From the NCBI GenBank assembly GCA_951406725.2, contig OX597816.1, forward strand, positions 16,430,001 to 16,494,000: a DNA stretch of 64,000 nucleotides. The letters run 5' to 3'. A model generated the notes under the pieces. That model was not told the origin of the DNA. It searched no databases and worked only from the letters and a program-made list of their open reading frames with translations. This document shows, piece after piece, positions 40,869-54,166 of the stretch (position 1 is its first letter; each line of letters starts with the position of its first letter). Both the position numbers and the translations under genes were made by a program. This DNA is from Octopus vulgaris (taxonomy: Eukaryota).

Positions 40869-40914
40869 AATTTACTAAGACTGTCATAAAATGTATTAAC
40901 TTGAAATAACTTAC

Positions 40915-41122
40915 ACTTCAATTGAACATGAATCTGGTAATGTGATACGACTCCCACTTCGGATATATTCCAGAACTTGGTTATTTGAGAGGCCTTGGTA
41001 AGGAAAACTACCAAATGTTACTATTTCATACAAAAGTACACCGAAACTCCAAATATCTGACAATGCTGTGAAAATTCCATCCCATATACTTTCTGGGGAC
41101 ATCCATCGAACTGGAAGCATCC
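40915..41122 (-). CDS. VKR: RTK/VKR-like exon: kinase subdomains VIII-X
   Basis: (G)[68 protein letters not shown](V). Acceptor ttgcAG at 41123-24, donor GTAAG at 40914. GMLPVRWM and EI.TFGSFP.QG.SN are VKR-like. Confidence 0.93.
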
Positions 41123-41207
41123 CTGCAATGAAAAGTAGACAACAGTGAATATTATATTATCATCAACATCATCATTTAACACCCATCACATCTATCTCTC
41201 TTTCTCC

Positions 41208-41355
41208 ATATATATATATATATGATATGTACATGTGTATATATATATGTGCATGTATATATATATATATGTGTGTGCATGTATATATGATATATGATAT
41301 GTACATGTGTATATATATATATATATAATATATATATATATAATATATATTGTAC

Positions 41356-41387
<32 letters not shown>

Positions 41388-41392
41388 GTACA

Positions 41393-41425
<33 letters not shown>

Positions 41426-41493
41426 GTACATGTGTGTATATATATATATATATATATATTAATGTGTATATATATATATATATATATAAGTAC

Positions 41494-41532
<39 letters not shown>

Positions 41533-41813
41533 TGTGTATATATATATATATATGTACATGTGTATATATATATATATATATGTACATGTGTATATATATA
41601 TATATATATGTACATGTGTATATATATATATATATATGTACATGTGTATATATATATATATATATATAGTACATGTGTATATATATATATATATATATGT
41701 ACATGTGTATATATATATATATATATATATATGTGTACATGTGTTATATATATATATATATGTACATGTATATATATATATGTACATGTGTATATATATA
41801 TATATATATGTAC

Positions 41814-41860
<47 letters not shown>

Positions 41861-41917
41861 TGTGTATATATATATATATATATGTCATGTGTATATATAT
41901 ATATATATATATTGTAC

Positions 41918-41948
<31 letters not shown>

Positions 41949-41954
41949 CATGTG

Positions 41955-42017
<63 letters not shown>

Positions 42018-42043
42018 TTGTATATATATATATATTAATATGT

Positions 42044-42079
<36 letters not shown>

Positions 42080-42478
42080 TATATATATATATGTACATGT
42101 GTGTGTGTGCGTATATATATATATATGTACATGTGTGTGTGTGCGTATATATATATATATGTACATGTGTGTGTGTGTGTATATATATATGTACATGTGT
42201 GTGTGTGCGTATATATATATGTACATGTGTGTGTGTGTGTGTATATATATATGTACATGTGTGTGTGTGCGTGTATATATATATGTACATGTGTGTGTGT
42301 GCGTATATATATATATATGTACATGTGTGTGTGTGTGTGTGTATATATATATGTACATGTGTGTGTGTGTGTATATATATATATGTACATGTGTGTGTGT
42401 GTGTATATATATATATGTACATGTGTGTGTATGTATATATATATATATATGTGTGTGTGCATGTATATATATGCATGC
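41208..42478. repeat. 1.3-kb alternating purine-pyrimidine satellite: gtacatgtg(ta)n, then gtacat(gt)n(at)n
   Basis: Read directly; produces stop-free ORFs in several frames. Confidence 0.95.
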
Positions 42479-43607
42479 ATCTTTCCCTTCATATATATAT
42501 ATGTGAATTCTAAAAGTTTTGAGGTGTTTCTTTAGGAGAGGCAGTTATAATTGTTCCATATTCTTTTCTACTCAAAGCACAAGGCCTGAAATTTTGGGGG
42601 AGGGGGGCAGTTAATTAGATGACCCCAGTGTGCAACTGGTACTTAATTTATTGACCCCAAAAGGATGAAAGGCAAAGTTGACCTCAGCGAAATTTGAACT
42701 CAGAATGTAAAGACAGATGAAATACCACTTAGCATTTCACCTGGCGTGCTAACGTTTCTGCTAGCTCACCACCTTAAACTAAAATTACAATAATATTGAA
42801 CAGTTATATTATTGTTATATGTCTAATAAACTGACCTGCCAACTTGATATTCCAGATTGAAGGAGTTGGCTGTAACAACACTTTGAACACACAGCTGACT
42901 AGTTTACAGAATGCAGTTGTCCCTCACCCTCCCTACTACCCACACCTTAATCTCTTGACATTTGATTGTTCCTCAAGCTGTAGGAGGATCTCAAGAGCAA
43001 TTGTTTTGATGGTATTGAGATGAAGGAGGATGTGACAAAGGTTCTGCACACCTTCCCTTCAACAGGGCCTTCACAAAGTGGCTGGAGCACTACAAAATGG
43101 TGCAATGAAGTTTTGTTCTGCTTTGAAATTAATAAGTGTTGCTTCTAAAAGAGTCTCAAACATTCTGGAAGCACTTGGTGTGTATGTACACACACAGATA
43201 TATATACATGCATATATATAAATATTATGACATATATATACATATATATATATATATTCTGAGTTCAAATTTCGCCGAGGTCAACTTTGCCTTTCATCCT
43301 TTCGGGCTCAATAAATTAAGTACCAGCTGTGCACTGGGGTCAATCTAATCAACTGGCCCCTCACACAAAATTTCAGGCCTTGCACCTAGAGTAGAAAAAA
43401 ATATGGAACAATTCTTTTTCATAGCATTTTTCCAATGGCCAGGTAACTGAAGAGATGGCAGCGTTGATTTTCCACCTCAGCATCCGAAACCCAGAGTTTT
43501 ATCATGGCTACTGAATAATTGTCACATATTACATTTACAGATAAATTCCTTTATTTACATAATATCGAGATCTCTTTCTTTCCTTTGTTGTCTTACCATT
43601 TTTATCA

Positions 43608-43639
<32 letters not shown>

Positions 43640-44378
43640 GTATGTATAATCATATAAATACACACACAGACATACATAAGTACATAGTCATATGCAGACA
43701 TGTATGAATGTGTACACCTATGAATAACAGGAAATAATAACCATGTTAAGTTCACTCATAAACTGTGTCTCTTTTGTAGAAACAGTCAAGAGTTCATGTA
43801 TGTCTACAAATTAGCTAATAAAAGAAACAGAATCTCTTCGTTAAATTTCATTTCAATGTTGCAGCAATCTGTTTGAAGGTCAAGAAACCATTCTCATCCA
43901 GTCTTTCGTGATGTTATAAAGAATTATATAGAAATACTGATCAATTAATATTAAAAAGATAAAAAAGAAATGTCTAGTTATATTTTTCACATATCGAAGA
44001 CATCACTTTCAATGACCGGTTAAAAACAATTTCTTTCATTTGGTAGACAGATGGAAGTGAAGTTTACTTTCTACTGAGGTCAATCTGAATTGGTTGTGGC
44101 AAAGACTGAATCCATATACATGCATATGGTAGGATAGTATAGCTGCAGGGAGAATATTTTGAAATACCTACTCTTAGATCATAATTCAAAATCTGCTGCA
44201 ATTGCTTAACCTTTATATTACCATCTATTGAAACAGGTTATCTTTATTTCAATTAATTTTGAAATTAACAAAGAGTTTAGTAAAGTAACTTTGTCATTTA
44301 GCTGGTATCAAGGTGGTGAGCTGGTAGAATCATTAGCATATCAGACAAAATGCTTAGCGGTATCTCATCTGTCTTTTA

Positions 44379-44627
44379 AGGTGGTGAGCTGGCAGAATTG
44401 TTAGCACGCCGGGCGAAATGCGTGGCTGTATTTTGTCTGCCGTTACGTTCTGAGTTCAAATTCCACCGAGGTCGAATTGCACATTGGCACATTTGCCTTT
44501 CATCCTTTCAGGGTCAATAAATTAAGTACCAGTTACGCACTGGGGTCGATGTAATCGACTTAATCCATTTGTCTGTCCTTGTTTGTCCTCTCTGTGTTTA
44601 GCCCCTCGTGGGTAGTAAAGAAATAGG
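44379..44627 (+). mobile_element. SINE family B (tRNA-like head, Deu/Nin-like central domain)
   Basis: ggtggtgagctggcagaa...gagttcaaattcc...gcctttcatcctttcagggtcaataaattaagtacc. Other copies lie at about 6697-6908, 10390-10699 (-), 42564-42776 (-) and 50101-50520. Confidence 0.75.
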
Positions 44628-44874
44628 TATCTCGTCTGTCTTTATGTTCTGAGTTCAAATGGCACCAAGATTGACCCTACTTTCATCCTTTTGGGGTCAA
44701 TTAAATAAGTACCAGCTGAAGGCTAGGGTCAATGTAATCAACTTGCCCTTTCCCCTGAACTTCTTGGCCTTGTGCCAAAATTTAAAACTATTATTAATCT
44801 TGTATTTGAAATATTAACATGATAATTCAGATCACTTCAAAACAGAAAACTTGTATCAGATTTCTTGCGATGTA

Positions 44875-45125
44875 AGTTCATCTGGGACCTTGGACAGTTA
44901 GAGGTGAAGTTGTTTCTTGAAAAGATCTACTCCTACTCCATGTAGATCTCTCAGATGTTTTGGCAAGTATTAAATAGTCATGGGCCCTTGAATCCCAAAC
45001 TTTTGCAGTACATGGTCCTCACTTTTAGATGGGATGGTTGGGACTTTTGTAACAGTGCAGTGATGTCCAGTTTAAGGGCTGGAATAGCTCTTAAAGACAG
45101 TTTGGTGCTGACTCCTCCAGGATCT
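44875..45125 (-). pseudogene. CR1-type LINE ORF2 C-terminal fragment
   Basis: SLGFKGP*LFN then (frameshift) LPKHLRDLHGVGVDLFKKQLHL*LSKVPDE. Confidence 0.65.
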
Positions 45126-47898
45126 TCCACATACTCTTTACTCTTTTACTTGTTTCACTCATTTGACTGTAGCCGTGCTAGAGCACTGCCTTTAGCTGAG
45201 CAAATCGACCCCAGGACTTATTATTTGTAAGCCTAGTACTTATTCTATTGGTCTCTTTTGCCGAACTACTAAGTTACAGGGATGTAAACACACCAATATC
45301 GGTTGTCAAGTGATGTTGGAGGGATAAACACAGACACACAAACATATACACACACACACATATATACATATATACGACAGGCTTCTTTCAGTTTCGTCTA
45401 CCAAATTCACTCACAAGGCTTTGATCGGCCTGAGGCTATAGTAGAAGACACTTGCCCAAGGTGCTACGCAGTGGGACTGAACCCGGAACCATGTGGTTCA
45501 TAAGCAAGTTACTTACCACACAGCCACTCCTATGCCTATGTATATAACTACATATCGCTCCCATCTTCACTCCAGGGAATAGAGCTGTAACTCTTTCAGT
45601 CCCTCCTATCAAGAATGTTGAAGTATTCCATTATATAATAAATGCTTTATTTATAACCATACTATATTTATAGCAGAACATGTGATGCTAAGATTTATAA
45701 TTTTCAGATATAATTTTACCACTAAAAAGATGGAATTTGCTGTGGAAGTTTGTTTGGTATACTGAGCAGGTCACATAACTATGTAAAAGATTCTTTAATG
45801 GCTCAGCCTAGTTATTTATTGATTTTTGTTTTTCTTTTTATGTTTTCGTTTTTTTTTTTACATTTTATGCAATAGAAGCAATGAAATTGTCTCAGCTATT
45901 ATATGTTGTGGATGAAAAGACGTAAAGTATCTTTAGTTTGATCTAAAACAATAAGAATATCTCCAAAGTTGAGGAGTCATGTGTGGTAACAGTGCGTTTA
46001 CGCTGAACAAACATATAGCAATCAAACAGATGGAAAAGGCTTTGATGGTATTGACGTAATGAGGGTGATGATAAAATTATGTTCTTGCTAAATACTAAGA
46101 ACTGCCAATAGATTTGGGACCGAGATAGCGAGGACTTCGGAATGGCATCCATGCTAACTGCAGATGAACAAATACAGTTGTCTATTAGTTGTAGACATTA
46201 ATATTAATATCTCACATTAATGCAAAGTCGCCATGTATTTCTTACATGGATATGTGGCTTTGGGCATTGGCACAGTGCCATATATTTAAAGAGGATGGGA
46301 AATAAAATTATGTGCGAGTCATGCTTTATTCAAAAGTCGAATGCAGCAGAGCTGCAACCAGGAATACAACTGGATCACAGATGAAGCTCATCAAGAGCTT
46401 TCTCCCGCTCTACTTGTCGTAAATAACATTAACTATTAACATTATCTAGAACATCATTCAATATTACTAAACAGTTTAGTAGGTGGAAGTATATTTAATG
46501 CTGATCGTATAGCTTCATGTCAGAAGAATACAGCTGATGCTGTAATCCCAAACAGCTGAAGAAAGTTGATGTATTACACACACACACACACACATAATAC
46601 ATGGCTTGCAAAAGATAGGATAGAGCTACAATTAATAAATGAACCATAATGCAAGGAGGTGGGTGATGGTGCATGGCCAAGTGGTTAGCATGCTGAACTC
46701 ACAATCATGTGGTCATGGGTTCGATTCTGGAACTAGGAAGTATGCTGTTTCCTTGAGTAAGGCAATTTAACATTACTCCAGTCAATGAGTACCATTTCAC
46801 TGCTGGGGTAGCTCTTTCACATTCTGAATATTCTACAGGATTAACCAACCCTTTAGTGTTCAAATTACTCCGTCTAATGTAATACTTATTTATTCACATT
46901 GTTTTGCATTATCTCTTAACTTTGAGATTCAATCATCATCATCATACGTCCGTTTTCCATGCTAGCATGGGTTGGACGGTTCAACTGTGGTCTGGTAAGC
47001 CATGGAGGCTGCACCAGGCTCCAGTCTGATTTGGCAGTGTTTCTACAGTTGGATGCCCTTCCTAATGCTAACCACTCCGTGAGTGTAGTGGGTGCTTTTT
47101 ACGTGTCACCGACACGGATGCCAGTCAGGCGGCACTGGCATCTGTCACGTTTGGCTGGTACGTTTTATGTGTCACCGGCACAGGTGTCTTAACTACAATT
47201 TTTATTTTGATGTTGACGTACTTGACTCAATAGGTCTCAATAATGTAATTGTTTATTCTTAGAATAATATCATAGGGTAGGTGTGAGAGGTAGGATCTGA
47301 CCAGTTTGAAGATAGAATATTTGAGGCTGATATAAACGGTTTAGATGCTAAAGGGTTGAGGTTATGAGGGTTGAAACTGTGTCTATGACTACATAGGTTT
47401 CTAAAACAACACAAGCACGGTACATATTGCCAAGCCATATTTGTGAGTGATGGATGGCTAGAGTTTTGCTCACATTTGTAGAGTTGTAGACAATGTCTCT
47501 CTTTTTTCTTTTTTACTCTTTTACTTGTTTCAGTCATTTGACTGTGGCCATGCTGGAGCGATGCCTTTAGTCGAGGAAATCGACCCCAGAACTTATTCTT
47601 TCTAAGCCTAGTACTTATTCTATTGGATCTCTTTTGCCGAACTGCTAAGTTACAGGTACATAAACACACCAGCATTGGTTGTCAAGTGATGTTGGGCGGA
47701 TGGGGGACAAACACAGACACATATATATACATATACGACAGGCTTCTTTCAGTTTCCGTCTACCAAATCCATTCACAAGGCTTTGGTTGGCCCGAGGCTA
47801 TAGTAGAAGACACTTGCCCAAGGCGCCATGCAGTGGGACTGAACCTGGAAGCATGTGGTTGGTAAGCAAGCTACATACCACACAGCTACTCCAGCACC

Positions 47899-47935
<37 letters not shown>

Positions 47936-48446
47936 GATGGGCTTCCTTCAGTTTCCATCTACCAAATCCACACACAAGGCTTTGGTTGGCCCAAGGCTGC
48001 AGTAGAAGACACTTGCAGAAGGTGCCATCATTGAGACTGAACTCGGAACCTTGTGGTTGGGAAGAAGGTTAAAAAAATGTTGTTAAGATTGACAAACAAA
48101 TTATAACCAATTAAATCTATTTGAAGCTGTGACTCCTAACTATTTCTATTCAACGATGGTTAAGGACAAACTGTGGCACATAGGATTTTCTGAATGGCAT
48201 GCCTTACAAAATATTATCTTGAGTTTTTTTTAGAAGTCTGGCCCACCAGATAATTAGCCATGCTTCATGTTACCTTCTCCTCCTCATCATCATCATTTAA
48301 CATCTGTTCTCCTTGCTGGCATGGCTTGGATGGTTTCACAGAAGATAGCAAACCAGAGAGCTGCACCAGACTCTAATTGTCTGTTTTAGCATGGATTTTA
48401 AAGCTGGATGCCATTCCTAGTGCCAGTAAATTTATAGTCTACTGGA

Positions 48447-49254
48447 TGCTTTTTACGTGGCACCAGAATGGGTACCTTTAACATGGCACCAGCATGGCAC
48501 CAGCATGAGTGCTTTTTGTGTGGCACCAGCATGAGTGATTTTTATGTGGCACCAGGATGTGATTTTTACGTGGCACCAGCATGAATGCTTTTTACATGGC
48601 ACCAGCATGAGTGCTTTTTACGTGGCACCAGCATGAGTGCTTTTTACGTGGCACCAGCATGAGTGCTTTTTACGCGGCACCAGCATGAATGCTTTTTACG
48701 TGGCACCAGCATGAGTGCTTTTTACGTGGCACCAGCATGAATGCTTTTTACGTGGCACCAGCATGAGTGCTTTTTACATGGCACCAGCATGAGTGCTTTT
48801 TATGTAGCACCAGCATGAATGCTTACGTTGCACCAGCATGAGTGCTTTTTACGCGGCACCAGCACAAGTGCTTTTTACGTGGCACCAGCATGAGTGATTT
48901 TTACGTGGCACCAGCATAAATGATTTTTACGTGGCACCAGCATGAGTGCTTTTTACGTGGCACCAGCATGAATGCTTTTTACGTGGCACCAGCATGAGTG
49001 CTTTTTACATGGCACCAGCATGAGTGCTTTTTATGTGGCACCAGCACAAGTGCTTTTTACGTGGCACCAGCATGAGTGCTTTTTACGTGGCACCAGCATG
49101 AGTGCTTTTTACGTGGCACCAGCATGAATGCTTTTCACGTAGCACCAGCATGAGTGCTTTTTACATGGCACCAGCATGAGTGCTTTTTATGTGGCACCAG
49201 CACAAGTGCTTTTTACGTGGCACCAGCATGAGTGCTTTTTACGTGGCACCAGCA
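48447..49254 (+). repeat. 26-bp minisatellite, ~30 copies (tgctttttacgtggcaccagcatgag)
   Basis: Contiguous units with no unique spacers, growing out of a family C copy that starts at ~48285. Confidence 0.95.
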
Positions 49255-49955
49255 CAGCCTACATCATGAAAATGGTAGTTCATTCCTTTTCTTCATTAAA
49301 ACCGAAATACACTTGAAGGGTAAAAAAATATTTTATAAAAAATACATCTGACTTCATTGTTATCTGTTTCTCACTTCATGTAGTACAAACAAACTAAAAA
49401 ATTAAAAACTGAAATCTCAAACTTAAAGGGACGATGATGATGATGATGGTGGTATGGCAGTGGTGGTGGTGGTGTTGACAATAACGAAGGCTTTTCATTT
49501 AAAAGTCTGCGACTCATTCCATCTATCATTATGATCGTGATCATCAAACCTTATTTAGAACAGCATATAATTAATCTATTAATAATTGCACGCTTTAATG
49601 AGTTATTCTATTGTGAATTGCATAGCAATGCAAGGTGGCATATTAGTTTCAAGTGAGATGTGTTCAAGTGTTAGTTGCTTTCCTGCTAATTAATCTTCTA
49701 CAGTTTCATTAGCACTTCTGTGCAGTTGTATATTGTTGGAAGAGTTTTAGATACGTTTTCGACAAACGGCAAGGAGAAAATGATGACAGCATATTGTGGA
49801 AATGAGAAAGATATTTATAAATGTTATTTGAAAACTAGTGATATATAAAAATGAATATTATAGACAGCCCCCTTAATTAGGATAATAATTAGTAAAAAAT
49901 AGCTTACTATTTATAAGCAACTTTCTGTTTGTTTAATATTCATATACATGATCAT

Positions 49956-50100
49956 AATTATTATTATTATTATTATCATCATCATTATTATCATTATCAT
50001 CATCATTATTATTATCATTATCATCATCATCATTATTATTATTATTATCATCATTATTATTATTATCATTATCATCATCATTATTATTATTATTATTATT
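49956..50100 (+). repeat. (ATT/ATC)n microsatellite
   Basis: Read directly. Confidence 0.95.
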
Positions 50101-52222
50101 AAGGTGGCGAGCTGGCAGAATTGTTAGTGTGTTGGGTGATATGCTTAATGGTATTTCACCCATTGTTACGTTCTGAGTTCAACTTCTGCTGAGGTCGATT
50201 TTTGCCTTTCATCCTTTCAGGGTCATATAAGTACCAGTTGCACACTGGAGTCAATGGAATTGACTTAATCCCCTCCCACAAGCTGCCCTTGTGGCAAAAA
50301 TTTAAAATCATCATCATCATTATCATCATCATCATTATTATTATTATCAAGGCAATGAGCTGGCAGAATCCTTGGCATGCCAGGCAAAATGCTTAGCAGT
50401 ATTTCGCCTGTCATTACATTCTGAGTTCAAATTCCACTGAAGTCAGCTTTGCCTCTCATCTTCATGGGGTCGATAAAATAAGTACCAGTTGAAGACTGGG
50501 GTCAATGTAATCAGCTTGACCCCTCCCTCAAAACACTGCTAGGGTCATCTTTGCCTTAATTTTGTGTCTAAGGTTTGGTGGGAGATTTTAATTCAGTACT
50601 TATGAAAACAAGACATTTGTACTACAGAGCTAGCGGTGGTTTCAGCCAGGTTGGTATTGAAAGGGTTAATGCAGTGAGCTGACAGTCGTTGCACATCAGA
50701 CGAAATGGTTAGCAGTATTTCTTCCTGCCCTTTATGTTCTCAGTTCAAATTTCACTGAGCTGACTTCATTTTACATCTTTACAGGTGCAATAAACAGTGT
50801 ACTTGTTGAACACTCGCATCAATCATCATCATCATTTAACGTCCGTTTTCCATGCTAGAATGGGTTGGACGGTTTGACAAGGGTCTGGGAAGCCAGAAGG
50901 CTGCACCAGGCTCCAATCCGATCTGGCAGTGTTTCTACAGCTGGATGCCCTTCCTAACGCCAACCACTCCGTGAGTGTAGTGGGTGCTTTTTATGTGCCA
51001 CCAGCACAGGTGCCAGGAGAGGCTGGCAACAGCCACGATCGGTTGGTGGTTTTTACATGCCACCAACACGGAAGCCAGTCAAGGCGGCGCTGGCATTGGC
51101 CAAATACAGATGGTAATCATATAATCATATGGTAATCATGTAATCATATAATCACATCCTACACTATTTTGCTGACCTTATGCCAAAATTTGAAACCATT
51201 ATTATTATTATTATTATTATGATAATAAAAGTCCCAGTAACAAAAATAGTAGAGCACCAGCCAGTACTTGGTTTTCTTTCATCCTGAATGCTTTGACTGC
51301 ATTATACTTTTTGTCCTTTGAGAGACCAGCAATGTACTGTTTACATCATTTGGTAACACCTCGTCTCTGAAAGTTGTCACCTTATAGCAATATAAAAAGA
51401 AAACGCTTATTATCAAGATATAATATTCTATGCTCTGCCGTGCCACAAAGTTCAGTATTGTATTTTAAATTCTATATAGTATTGTTCATAATTTGTACGT
51501 GATGCTTTCATTTGGTATCTGAGAAAATTTATTTCATCTATGTGTTTAATAGATGTGCAAAATACCTAACAAAGCTGATTTTTATATGCTGTGTTGATGA
51601 AGCAATTTATATTTCTGTGTCTTCTGTCGCTTTTCACAGCGAAACTGCTATTATTTATATTTCTGAGACTACATATTAAAATAAATAAATATAAAAAATT
51701 TCCCATTGATTGAAGAAGGTATTTTTACCTCACAAGATTGAAAGCCTATGAAGCAAGTGCTTTTTGTGTCTTTGATTTTAAACAATGATGTCTGAGTGGT
51801 TTAGTTCTCTTTCAGGATATACCAGAATGTTCTTCTCTATCGTTACAACAACATCATTTTTCAGAGACTTATGTAAGACATATAATATCTATTTGTCACA
51901 GTTACCATCATCATTATTTTCGTGTCTACTTTTCCATACTTGCATGGGTTAGACAGGATTTGAGCCAGGTTTTCTATGGCAGGGTGCCCTCTCTGCTGTC
52001 AACCCTCACCTGTTTACAAGCAAGATGATTTTCCCCTTTGGCTGGATGTTTCCAATGCAGAATAGAAATGATTACTGCTTGCAAAAATATGACACTCATT
52101 TACTATCCCCATGTAATGTCAGGGCAAGGAGACACAAACACCCCACCTTACCAACCATCAATTATATAATCCACTCACAAGACTTTGGTCAACTCATGAT
52201 TATAGCAGAAGACACTTTTTAA

Positions 52223-52440
52223 CCCTTTCGTTACTGTATTTATTTTGAGATGCTCTGTGTTTCTTTCAATTACTTTAAATATAACAAAGAATTTAGTAAA
52301 ATAACTTAGTTATCATTCAGCTAGTGTTAAGAACATAAATTGTGACTAAGGTTTGGTGGAAGATTTTAATTCAAAACTTATGAAAACAAGACATTTGTAC
52401 TCAGTCAAGGCCGGTTTCAGCCGGGTTGGTAACAAAAGGG
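52223..52440. mobile_element. piggyBac-type MITE with TTAA target duplication
   Basis: TTAA-ccctttcgttac ... gtaacaaaaggg-TTAA, inserted in a SINE A remnant. Related copies lie near 2684-3377, 5254-5483, 29798-30243 and 50555-50669. Confidence 0.85.
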
Positions 52441-54127
52441 TTAAAGATATCATGTATTAGGGTTGAACTCAAAACCATGTGGTTAGGAAGCTAATTTTTT
52501 ATTTCTTTATTGCCCACAAGGGGCCAAACATAGTGGACAAACAAGGACAGACAACTGACTGATTTATAAACCAAATGATTAATCAAACATTATATTAGTT
52601 ATTTAAATGATTGTTTAACTGACAGAAGTGAAAGTGAATCAAGGTGTGTGCATGTGTGTGTGTTTATTGGTATACTGACCCTCCCAAGATACAACAAAAT
52701 ATTATAAAGATGTGGAAAATATTGGTCTTGTTTACTTAGCCTGAATTCAGTTGACACTGAATGTAGACTAAGAACTTTTATCGTTCCATTATTATAACCT
52801 TTGCCAGTCTATAATTTGCTATTAGAGATTTATAAGAATAATGACCAATAATTTTCCTAATAAAGATTCTTCTTTTACTTCTCACATTCTTCTATTTCCA
52901 ACCACTTTATTGTCGATGGCAACCTCTCTGAAATGCTATTTTTCTGTTTTTAATTTTGTATAATTATTTGCATTAATTTCTGGCTTTTACTGCCACTTAT
53001 TCCTACGAAACTTCAGTAGTGATATTATAAATTTTCTAATTGCATTAGCTGAACTCTGTATTTTGCTCAAGGTGAATATAAATATGCTATGATTTTATAA
53101 AATTTATTGAAAACAAATTTGTTGTAGTTATATTCGAATAGGAGAGACAAATAGATAAGGAAAAAAAAAAACCCCATTTAATAGTGAATATTTTATCTCT
53201 TAAATATTTCAGAGAAAGCATTTTTTCAGTAGATTTAATATCATTATTAACTGAAAAGGTGTAACAAAGCCTTTGTTGTCTGTTTGCCCTTATATATTAA
53301 ATCATTTATTTTGTCTCATCTATTTTGCAACAGGTTGCATGCAACACACCAATATATCATTAAATATACTGTTTTCTTTCTATCTCATTTAATTCCCTTA
53401 TTTTTTTCCAGTTTATCACATCTAAAGGAATGCTTTGTAATTGTGAATGTATTATTATTGCTTTTAATTTGTTCTGAGTATTTTTGTATCTTATTTTTCT
53501 GTCATAACAACACTTTAAATGGATCAAATACTTTTGTTTGATAACATTTTGTTTTTGGATGAAGTATTATTTATATTTTTATCCATTTATTCATGAATGC
53601 TTGTCATAATTTTTTTAATTTCTATCTTTTTATTTAACTATACATCTTTTGAAACCACTGATTTCAAAACAGACTTCGCATGTTTATTCACTTCAAAATT
53701 TATATATGCACACACGCACATGTGGTTATGAAGCTTGCTTCCCATCCAGATGGTTTAAGGATGATTCCCACAGAACAGCATCTTGGACAACTGTCTTCTA
53801 CTATAGGCCTGAATGATCAAAGGCATGTGAGTGTATTAACAGAAGCCCATCGTGTATATATATATATATGTATATATATCTATATATGTGTGTGTATATC
53901 TATATGTATAGATATATATACATTCAAAATGTGACTGCGTGTGTACTGTTGGCGATTTTTTTTTTTTTTTTTTTTTCCTTCGTCTTCCCTTCCTATGTTT
54001 CTGACGAAGAGCTCTGCTCTAAACGTTAAATCCTCCTTCTTTCTTTCCTTAGCGTCCAATAACACTATACTTGTTCCACATCCTCGTGTTGTTGTGTTTT
54101 CTCTTTGTGTTTTCATGTTTGGATTAA

Positions 54128-54166
<39 letters not shown>

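Noticed and set aside
40916-40916. Alternative donor GTGTAA two nt upstream in the third kinase exon
   Set aside because: It would break frame with the terminal exon; the GTAAG donor at 40914 fits consensus and phase.
41172-42535. Overlapping ORFs of up to 438 aa on both strands
   Set aside because: Pure (TA)/(TG)/GTAC satellite translating to Y/I/H/T/C/V runs; stop-free by composition only.
45940-46180. Possible nested exon in the large intron
   Set aside because: Stops in the frames examined, no convincing splice pair, no recognisable protein motif.
46672-46745. tRNA-like sequence (ggccaagtggttagc...gggttcgattc)
   Set aside because: Acceptor stem does not pair and it continues into ccttgagtaaggca SINE-type body; a SINE head, not a tRNA gene.
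48447-49254. CRISPR-like appearance of the 26-bp array
   Set aside because: Units are contiguous without unique spacers, no cas genes are present, the context is eukaryotic, and the unit derives from a local SINE.
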